The notes under the pieces: generated by a model
Told to the model about the DNA's origin: nothing
Database searches by the model: none
What the model saw: the letters and a program-made list of their open reading frames with translations, nothing else
Program-made: the position numbers and the translations under genes
NCBI GenBank assembly: GCA_001873115.1
Contig: MNYK01000110.1
Span: forward strand, 23,118-87,117
Length of the DNA stretch: 64,000 nt
Direction: 5' to 3'
DNA from: Desulfobacterales bacterium CG2_30_60_27
GTDB lineage: Bacteria; Desulfobacterota; Desulfobulbia; Desulfobulbales; CG2-30-60-27
In this document: piece by piece, positions 25,429-33,148 of the stretch
Layout of the letters: every line of letters starts with the position of its first letter
How positions within the stretch are numbered: position 1 is the first letter of the stretch

Positions 25429-27219
25429 CTACACTTTTGCTACATTCTCCGCAATGTCATGGATGCGCATTTTGCGGTAAAGGGTGCTGCGGTCGAAGGC
25501 GAGCAGTCTGGCCGCCTTGGCCTTGTTGCCGCCGGTCTGCCGCAGGGCCGCGACAATCCGTTCCTTCTCGCTCATGCCGTCAACAGCCAGGGGAAACAAC
25601 GGGACGGCGGACCGCGGCCGCTGTAGCCCGGTGGTGTCGAGCTCCGAGGGCTGACCGGTGCGGATCTCCTCGGTGAAGTGCTCCAGGGCCACGGTGGAAC
25701 CATCGCAAAGGATGCAGGCCCGTTCGATTACATGTTCAAGCTCGCGGACGTTGCCGGGCCAGCGATACTGCGTAAGGGCCGCCATGGCCTGGTCCGAGAT
25801 GCCGCTGATCTCCTTGCCGAGTTTTTCCTGGAAGATGCCGAGAAAATGCGTTACCAGCAACGGCAGGCACTCCTGGCGGTCCCTGAGCGGCGGCAGCCTG
25901 AGTTCCATCACCCGCAGACGAAAATAAAGATCCTCGCGGAAGGTGCCGTCGGTCACCTTCTGGCGCAGATCGGCGTTGGTGGCCGCTATCACCCGGACAT
26001 CTACCTGGATGGGCTGATCCCGGCCCACGGGATAGAAGGTCTTCTCCTGCAGGAAGCGAAGCAATCTCAACTGCATGCGTGGCGAGATGTCGCCGATCTC
26101 ATCCAGAAAGAGGGTGCCGCCGTCGGCCTGCAGGATGCGGCCCATACGGTCCCGGTCGGCGCCGGTGAAGGAGCCCTTGCGGTGGCCAAACAGCTCGCTT
26201 TCCATGAGTTCCTCCGGGATGGCGGTGCAATCGACCTTGATCAGGGGTTGGTTGCGGCGCGGGCTTTCGGCGTGCAACGCCTCGGCGGCCAGCTCCTTGC
26301 CCGTGCCCGACTCGCCGGTGATGAGCACGGCAGTATCGACCTTGCCGACATTTTCGATCAGGGTATAGAGGGCCTGCATGGCCGGGCTGCAGCCAATAAA
26401 GCGATGGAAGCGGCAGCGGCGCCCCTTGACGTTGGTCTCCGCCTCGCCGGTGACATCGCGGGCCACCAGGACAACGCCCTGAAAAATGCCGGCACCGTCC
26501 TGCAGCGGGGCGGCATTGATGCTCAAAATGCGCTCGCTGTCACCGGGCTTCATGCATTCCACTCGATGTTCCCGTACCTCCTCATGGCTGCGCAGCACCT
26601 TTTGCACGTCCCGGCGGCAGGCCTCGCCAAGCTCACCGGCCATGGTCCCCAGAGTCAGGTCAGAGTCCTTACCGATTTTCAGCCACTCCCGGGCCGTATC
26701 GTTAAGCTGGACGATGCGCAGGTCATTGTCAACCGTGATAATGGCGTCCCGCACTGAACGAAAGACCGTTTCCAGGTAATGCCGGAATCGTTGGTTTTCC
26801 GCCTCCAGCCGCTTCTTTTCTTGAAGCAGTCGCCACTGTTTCAGGGCCTGGCGGGTAAAATGCAGCAAAGACTCCTTGTTGATCGGCTTGGGGAGGTAAT
26901 CAAAGGCGCCGAGACGGACGGCCTCGGCCGCTGTTTCCAGATTGGGGAATCCGGTGATCATGACCACCGGGCATTCGATGCCGGCCGCCCGGATCTCCCG
27001 CAGCAGATCGGTGCCCGAGGCCCCTTCCAGCACGATGTCGCTGATGATCAGATCAAACTCCTGCTGTCTGACCGCGGCCAGCGCCTCCGGATAGGTGGCC
27101 GCGGTGCGAACCATGCCGTACCCTTCACGGGTCAGGAACATCTCAAAGGTAAGTCGCAGGCTCTCCTCGTCGTCCACGATCAGGATGCGTGCCGTGCCTT
27201 TTTCCGTTTCGTCCACCAT
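25429..27219 (-). CDS. Sigma-54-dependent response regulator (REC-PAS-AAA+ sigma-54 interaction-Fis HTH; NtrC/PilR class)
   Basis: ILIVDDE...DLIISDIVL receiver, GESGTGKELAAEALH Walker A, ESELFGHRKGSFTGA (GAFTGA-type loop), C-terminal HTH AARLLAFDRSTLYRKM. Confidence 0.9.
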   Translation of the reverse strand: MVDETEKGTARILIVDDEESLRLTFEMFLTREGYGMVRTAATYPEALAAVRQQEFDLIISDIVLEGASGTDLLREIRAAGIECPVVMITGFPNLETAAEAVRLGAFDYLPKPINKESLLHFTRQALKQWRLLQEKKRLEAENQRFRHYLETVFRSVRDAIITVDNDLRIVQLNDTAREWLKIGKDSDLTLGTMAGELGEACRRDVQKVLRSHEEVREHRVECMKPGDSERILSINAAPLQDGAGIFQGVVLVARDVTGEAETNVKGRRCRFHRFIGCSPAMQALYTLIENVGKVDTAVLITGESGTGKELAAEALHAESPRRNQPLIKVDCTAIPEELMESELFGHRKGSFTGADRDRMGRILQADGGTLFLDEIGDISPRMQLRLLRFLQEKTFYPVGRDQPIQVDVRVIAATNADLRQKVTDGTFREDLYFRLRVMELRLPPLRDRQECLPLLVTHFLGIFQEKLGKEISGISDQAMAALTQYRWPGNVRELEHVIERACILCDGSTVALEHFTEEIRTGQPSELDTTGLQRPRSAVPLFPLAVDGMSEKERIVAALRQTGGNKAKAARLLAFDRSTLYRKMRIHDIAENVAKV

Positions 27220-27236
27220 ACCTGACCCAAATGAAA

Positions 27237-28817
27237 TTATGGCCTGGGGCCGGCCGCGGCCCGGGCATTGTTTTCCCTGCTCACCGGGATGTCCACCGTG
27301 ATTGTCGTATAGTTATCCAGCACCGAATCAACCCGCATGACGCCCTTGTGGTCCCGTACTATCCCGTGGCTGATCGACAGTCCCAGGCCAGTGCCCTCGC
27401 CAGGCGGCTTGGTGGAAAAGAATGGGTCAAAGAGCCGGTTCAGGATCCCCTGGGGGATGCCCTTGCCCCAGTCCGTGATCATGGTCCGGACACACTCGCC
27501 GCCATCCGCCACCACGGCATGACAACTGATCCTGAGCTTCTTGCCCGGGTTCTGCCCCGGATATCTTTCGTTGAGCGCATAGCGGCAGTTGCTGAGCAGG
27601 TTAAGAATCACCTGTTGCAGTTGCTGGGCATGGCCTCGCACCGGCGGCAGATCGTCTTCAAGGTCCAGCGCCAAGGCGATACCGTCTTTCTGAAACTGAT
27701 GTCCGACCAGGGCCAGGCTGTCGCCGATGACTTCCTTCATGCTGACCATGGCGTTGCCCTTGTCAGACTCCCGGGCAAAGGAGAGCAGTTTGTAGATGAT
27801 GGTGGAGATGCGCTCGCCCTCCTTGATAATGCGGGTCAGCAGGTCACGCTGCGGCGCATCCGGCACCATGTCGTCCAGCATGAGTTGGGCATAGTTGATG
27901 ATGCCGTTGATCGGGTTGTTGATTTCATGGGCCACGCCGGCGGCCAGTTCGCCGATGGCGGCCAGTTGCCCGGTGCGCATGGCCTCTACCTTGCGCACCT
28001 CTTCCTTGGTAAGATCACGGGCGACGAGCATGATCTGGCGCACCTCGCCGTTTAAATCGGGAACCGGCGAGACGGTGAGCAGATAGTCGCCGAAGAGGCC
28101 GGGCAACCGCGTTTCCATGATCTTGCGGGCCCGGGTCAGCAGCAGTTCCTCCAACGGGCATTTGATATGGGGCAGCCGGCCGCCGTGGATAATTTTGCAC
28201 ACACCATGGCCGATGATCTCCTCGCGGGTCTTGCGGGCCACGTGGATGGTCGCCGGGTTCACTTCGGTGATAATGCCCTCGGGGGTAACAATCAGGATGG
28301 GATCCTGGACCGCGTTGAACACCTCACCCCAGCCCGGCTGTGAAGGCCCGATATGCTGGTCCCTGAACTTGAACTCAGTGACCAGAAAGCCCAGGTGGCG
28401 CAGTCCGTCCCGCAGTTTGTCCCAGGTGATCGGCTTGGTGATGTAATCGCTGGCCCCGGCCTCGAAGGCCCGATCAATGGCCACCTCCTCATCCTCGGGT
28501 ACCATGAGGATGGTCAGAGTCCTTTCGGCGTCAGGCATCTTCATGATCTGACTGCAAAGATAATAGCCGCTGATATCGGGCAAGTCCACGTCGAGCAGCG
28601 CCACGTCGGGCTGGTTGCGGATAAAGGCGGCCATGGCCGACTCACCGTCCGCCACCTCCTCCACGGTGTAGCCGCTGATCTCCAGAAAACGGCGGATCAT
28701 GAGCCGTCGTTCCCGGTCGGCATAAGCCACCAGAAACCTGGACCATTTCCCCTTGCTTTTGAAGGGTTTTTCTTCCATGGCCAACCTGCTCTTGGGGTGT
28801 CGGGCGCACTGCGACAA
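27237..28817 (-). CDS. Cytoplasmic receiver-PAS histidine kinase
   Basis: N-terminal REC ([13 protein letters not shown]), PAS, H-box [34 protein letters not shown]. No TM segments. 17-nt gap to the EBP gene. Confidence 0.85.
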   Translation of the reverse strand: [526 protein letters not shown]

Positions 28818-28903
28818 AGTGCTGCTACACCATTTGCATACAATGGTTGGCAGAGGGTGTCAAGACAACGGAGGTAAAACCGGCAGGGGAGGGCGGTAAA
28901 CCT

Positions 28904-29335
28904 TCAGACGATAATGGGGTCGCCTGTCTTGGCCTCGCCGCCCTGGATCACCCTGGCAAACCGCCCCTCGCGGGGCATGATGCAGTCGCCGGTGGCCTTC
29001 TTGATGGCGCAGCCCTGGTTGTGACATTCCTTGCCGATCTGGGTGATCTCCAGGATCACCTCGTCGCCGATCCGCAAGCGGTCGCCGATCTTGAGCGCCG
29101 TGAGATCGAGGCCACGGGTGATGATGTTTTCGGCAAAGGCCCCATTCTTTAAAGAAGGAAGGATCTTTTTGACGTTATCGATGGATTCGCCGGCCAGCAG
29201 CGAAATCTGACGGTGCCAGTCGCCGGCGTGGGCGTCATTCTCCATGCCCCACTGGGTTTTCAGGACAACCTTGATCTGTTCGCGCTTGACCATGCCCTTC
29301 TTTTCGCTGATACAGACTGCTTCCACATGCGCCAT
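28904..29335 (-). CDS. MOSC domain-containing protein
   Basis: 143 aa. MOSC-like beta-barrel signature (GAFAENIIT.GLDL...IGD.L.IG....EITQIGKECH). Last gene of the Moco cluster. Confidence 0.7.
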   Translation of the reverse strand: MAHVEAVCISEKKGMVKREQIKVVLKTQWGMENDAHAGDWHRQISLLAGESIDNVKKILPSLKNGAFAENIITRGLDLTALKIGDRLRIGDEVILEITQIGKECHNQGCAIKKATGDCIMPREGRFARVIQGGEAKTGDPIIV

Positions 29336-29353
29336 TGTCGTTATCTCCTTGCG

Positions 29354-29438
29354 GTTAGGTGGATAGACTGTAGGGGTTCAGTCTGTTAGCAATTGATATT
29401 ACCTAACAGACTACAGTCTAGACAACCTGAGTGGTTAC
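29354..29438. repeat. Family-B MITE, short/left-truncated copy
   Basis: AGGTGGATAGACTGTAGG...CTGTTAGC / CTAACAGACTACAGTCTAGACAACCTGAGTGGTTAC. The right terminus is intact and overlaps the moeA stop codon. Confidence 0.6.
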
Positions 29439-30646
29439 CTGAAATCAAAGGAATAAACCAAAACGCGCTCTCCTGGTTGGATCGCCTGCCCAGGCTCCAT
29501 GATGATATAGCCATCACTGTCCACCAGGGAAGTCAACATGTGCGAGCCCTGCCTTGCAGCGCTGGTGGCGGCATAGCCGCCGTCCGCATCGCAGGTCATC
29601 CGCACCCGGAGCATATTGGGCCGGCCGCCCTTGTTGACAATCTCCTCCCCCACTTGCGCGAAGACTATCGGCCAGCCGAAGGACAAGCCGCGGATGGCGC
29701 CGATCAGCGGCCGCACATAGTGGGTGAAACACATGAAGGCCGAGACCGGATTGCCGGGCAGCCCGAAAAGGAGGGTCTTGCCCTTTCTGGCCAGATAGAG
29801 AGGCTTGCCCGGTTTCTGGCGGATCCTCCAGAAGAGGGGGGTAAAGCCGTTCTCCTCGGCCGCCTCCTTGACATGATCATGCCGGCCTACCGAGACGCCG
29901 CCGGTGCAGAGGATGATATCTGCCGCCGCCTGGCCGATGGCCGCTACCGTGGCCTGCCGGTCGTCGGTGATCCTGGCACGGGAGACCAGTTGCGCTCCAG
30001 TCTCCAGTACCGCCGCCCGCAACATGGTCATGTTGGAATCCCGAATCTGATGGTCGGCAATGGCCGAGCCTGCGGCGATCAACTCCGAACCGGTGGCCAG
30101 CAGGGCGACATCACAGGGTTTGAAGACCTTGACCCGAGCAATGCCCACCGCCGCCAGCAGCGCCGCTTGGGGCGCCGCGATCCTGGCTCCCAAGCGTAGC
30201 AAAAGGTCGCCCGTGCCAAACTCCTCGCCACGCTGCCGAACATCTTGTCCCAACCGCTTGGCCACGTTGATGATCACGCTCTGCCCGGCCTCCCGGGTAT
30301 CTTCCACCCGGATTACTGTATCGACCCCATCGGGAAGCATCGCCCCGGTGCTGATCCGCACGGCACAGCCCGCACCCACGGTCCCGGAAAAAGGGACTCC
30401 CGCCCGGCTTTCGCCGATGATTGCAAGAGTCGCGGGCCTCTCCAGGCTCAGGTCGCGGACATCCCCCCAGCGCACGGCATAGCCGTCCATCGCCGAATTG
30501 GTATAGCGGGGCGAGGGTTCGGGAGCCTGGATGTCCTCGGCCAGGTAACGGCCCAGGGCCTGATCGAGCGGGCATTCCTCCACCACCGGGGCCGGAATAT
30601 TCGCCTTGATGATGGCGATTGCTTCACTGATGGAAATCATGGTCAT
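29435..30646 (-). CDS. moeA: Molybdopterin molybdenumtransferase MoeA
   Basis: About 400 aa with MoeA domain order. Motifs SAMDGYAV, TGGVSVGRHDHV, GLPGNPVSA. Confidence 0.9.
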   Translation of the reverse strand: MTMISISEAIAIIKANIPAPVVEECPLDQALGRYLAEDIQAPEPSPRYTNSAMDGYAVRWGDVRDLSLERPATLAIIGESRAGVPFSGTVGAGCAVRISTGAMLPDGVDTVIRVEDTREAGQSVIINVAKRLGQDVRQRGEEFGTGDLLLRLGARIAAPQAALLAAVGIARVKVFKPCDVALLATGSELIAAGSAIADHQIRDSNMTMLRAAVLETGAQLVSRARITDDRQATVAAIGQAAADIILCTGGVSVGRHDHVKEAAEENGFTPLFWRIRQKPGKPLYLARKGKTLLFGLPGNPVSAFMCFTHYVRPLIGAIRGLSFGWPIVFAQVGEEIVNKGGRPNMLRVRMTCDADGGYAATSAARQGSHMLTSLVDSDGYIIMEPGQAIQPGERVLVYSFDFR

Positions 30647-30720
30647 GCATCCTTATCAGCAAGGCTTCATGGAAGATCGGAAGGACCGGACCGATCCGTC
30701 CGATAAGACACTCCACCTCT

Positions 30721-31629
30721 TTAGTGTCCCTTGCCCTGCATCATCGGGAAGATGTGCAACAGTCCGGGGAAGAGAGCCTGCATGCTTTCGAGTGCGCCCT
30801 TGGAGCTGCCGGGCAGGTTGATGATCAAACACTCACCGCGCAGACCGGCCTCGCCTCGGGAGAGCATGGCGTATGGGGTTCGCTCCTTACCGTGCTGACG
30901 GATGGCAAGGGCGATGCCGGGCACGGTCCGGTCAAGGACGGCAATGGTCGCCTCCGGGGTGACATCGCGCGGCCCCAGGCCCGTGCCGCCGGTGGTGAAC
31001 ACCAGTTGGAACCCTTCCTCGTCGGCCAGCTTTTTGAGGCGAGCAATGATGGCCTCGCGATCATCCGGCAGGATCTCATAGCAATCAACCGCCACCGGTT
31101 GATTGGTCAAGAATGCCGCGATCACCTTCCCGGACTTGTCCTCGCGCTTGCCGGCATGGGTGGAATCGGACATCACCAGGATCGCGGTCTTGACCGGAGT
31201 GGGGAAGCGGTCGCTGAAATCGCTTTTACCGCCTTTCTTTTTCACCACCCTTATCTCACCGAAGGAGAGATTCTGGTCCAGCGGTTTCAGCATATCGTAG
31301 GCGTTGAGCAGGGCGCCGGTGACGGCGGTGATTGCCTCGACCTCCACCCCGGTTTTCCAGACCGAACGAACTTCGGCCGAGACCCGAATGCCCTGGTCGT
31401 GCTCCTCCAGCCGCACCTCGATCCAATCCAGGGGGATGGGGTGGCAGAAGACGATCAGATCGCTGCAATGCTTGGCGGCCAGGATGCCGGCGGCCCGGGC
31501 CACTTCGAGCACATCGCCCTTGGGTACCGTCCTGGCAAAGACCCGGCGCAGAACCTCGGGACTGCCATACAAAAAACCCTCGGCCAGGGCGGAGCGCAGG
31601 GTATGAAACTTGTGGCTGACATCGAACAT
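30721..31629 (-). CDS. moaC: Bifunctional cyclic pyranopterin monophosphate synthase MoaC / MoaB(Mog)-type molybdopterin adenylyltransferase domain
   Basis: N-terminal half is MoaC (KGDVLEVARAAGILAAKHCSDLIVFCHP). C-terminal half is MogA/MoaB (FTTGGTGLGPRDVTPEA). Confidence 0.85.
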   Translation of the reverse strand: MFDVSHKFHTLRSALAEGFLYGSPEVLRRVFARTVPKGDVLEVARAAGILAAKHCSDLIVFCHPIPLDWIEVRLEEHDQGIRVSAEVRSVWKTGVEVEAITAVTGALLNAYDMLKPLDQNLSFGEIRVVKKKGGKSDFSDRFPTPVKTAILVMSDSTHAGKREDKSGKVIAAFLTNQPVAVDCYEILPDDREAIIARLKKLADEEGFQLVFTTGGTGLGPRDVTPEATIAVLDRTVPGIALAIRQHGKERTPYAMLSRGEAGLRGECLIINLPGSSKGALESMQALFPGLLHIFPMMQGKGH

Positions 31630-31665
31630 GGAAAACTCCTAAAAAAAAAGGGGCAGGGGCAGGTT

Positions 31666-32697
31666 TCACCCCCCGATGCTGGCCATGGTGGGGGGGGTAG
31701 CCCTACGGCAGTTTGCCTCGGTCGCCAGGCCGTCCCGATAACGGTGGCTGACCACGGCCCTGACGGCGGCGGTGATCTCGTGGTCGGCGGCGTTGGACCG
31801 CAGCATGGCCTTCAGGTCTAGGACGCCGTTGTCGTAAAGACAGGTCTTCAGCATACCGGTTGGCGTGATCCGGATCTTGTTGCAGGTGGCGCAGAAGCGG
31901 CGGGAGTTGCCTTCAATCAGACCGATGGTGCCGGCAAAGCCAGGAATGGCATAAAGTCTGGCGGTGGCCGGCACGCCCGTCACCAGCGGAAGCATGGCCG
32001 GGAACAGGTGATGCAAACGGTCGCGCAGCGATCGGTTCGTTTGCGGCCGCACGTCGGGCGTGCCCGAGAAAGGCATTTTTTCAATAAAGCGCAAACACAG
32101 CGGGTGACGTTCTGGGAGTTCGGCCAGGGCCAGAATCTCGGCATCCGTAGTGTCTTCCAGGACCACGGCATTGATTTTGAGCGGCAGGCGGCGCACAATA
32201 CAGCCGTCCAGGGTGGCCAGCACCTCGGCCAGGTGGTCCCGCCGGGAGATCTGCTGGAAACGGTTGCGGTCCAAGGTGTCGAGGCTGAGGTTGATGCCGG
32301 CGATGCCCAGTGCGGCCAGCTCGTCGAGATAGCGGAGGGTCTTCACGCCGTTGGTGGTAATGTGCAGGGAACTTACCGTATCCATGCCCTGCAAGCGCCA
32401 CATGAACGGCAGGCAATCGCGCCGGGCAAAGGGCTCGCCGCCGGTGATGCGGATCTTGGAAAGCCCCAGGGCCGACAGCAGCCGCACCAGGCGTTCGAGT
32501 TCTTCAAAGGAAAGCATCTCCGCATGGGGTACGAAATCGACCCCGCATAAAGGCATGCAATACCGGCAGCGCAGGTTGCAACGGTCAGTGATGGCCAGTC
32601 GCAGATAGGTGATCTGTCGGCCATAATTGTCGGTCAGGCTGTCGATGCGATGGGCTCGGGAATGGGGGAGGGGATTCCCCCGCTGTGGCGCTGTCAT
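31666..32697 (-). CDS. moaA: GTP 3',8-cyclase MoaA (radical SAM)
   Basis: CNLRCRYC radical-SAM triad, C-terminal CATCNKIRITPTG auxiliary cluster motif, terminal GG. Confidence 0.9.
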   Translation of the reverse strand: MTAPQRGNPLPHSRAHRIDSLTDNYGRQITYLRLAITDRCNLRCRYCMPLCGVDFVPHAEMLSFEELERLVRLLSALGLSKIRITGGEPFARRDCLPFMWRLQGMDTVSSLHITTNGVKTLRYLDELAALGIAGINLSLDTLDRNRFQQISRRDHLAEVLATLDGCIVRRLPLKINAVVLEDTTDAEILALAELPERHPLCLRFIEKMPFSGTPDVRPQTNRSLRDRLHHLFPAMLPLVTGVPATARLYAIPGFAGTIGLIEGNSRRFCATCNKIRITPTGMLKTCLYDNGVLDLKAMLRSNAADHEITAAVRAVVSHRYRDGLATEANCRRATPPTMASIGG

Positions 32698-32700
32698 GCT

Positions 32701-32812
32701 GTCTCCTTTCCAAATGCTCGGGAGGCGGGGCCGTTTCCAATCCCGCCCTGTCGGCCGCAGACCCTGTCACGTAGCGCCGTGACGTAGGTCTTTAGGCTCG
32801 GAGTGTAGCAAT
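32701..32812 (-). promoter_or_regulatory. Molybdenum cofactor (Moco) riboswitch in the moaA leader
   Basis: Minus-strand RNA reads ACACUCCGAGCCUAAAGACCU...CAGGGCGGGAUUGGAAACGGCCCCGCCUCCCGAGCAUUUGGAAAGGAGAC-AGC-AUG. It contains the hallmark CUCCGAGCC, CCGCCUCCC and GGAAAGGAG (RBS-embedding) blocks of the Moco RNA motif. Confidence 0.75.
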
Positions 32813-32841
32813 TTTATGTAGTCGATAGGTTTTCTGCTTCG

Positions 32842-33040
32842 ATAACTGCTCAGGTTGTTTAGCCCGTTAGGCTGTAGACTGTTAGGCAAAAAGCGGAGCA
32901 TATACGGAACACAGTACGACTTATACCGCAAGGGCATAAGTTTCGTATGAGCAGACGAGCTGCTCAACTCAGCTTTATATCTCGTGTTTCGCTTTTGCTA
33001 ACAGTCTAAATGCCTACAGCCTATAGACCTGAGTAGTTAC
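32842..33040. mobile_element. Family-B MITE, 199-bp long form
   Basis: Termini ATAACTGCTCAGGT...ACCTGAGTAGTTAC. Perfect 8-bp duplication CTGCTTCG at 32834-32841 and 33041-33048. The interior holds a GCAA-capped hairpin. Confidence 0.85.
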
Positions 33041-33148
33041 CTGCTTCGTTAATCTATACCCGGTGGCAAGCAGTGTCAATCATGGCCGGTCGGTTTTCGA
33101 TCCGGTGCAGGCTGCTGTCCCATGGCCATCTTGCTCATGCGCTATGGA

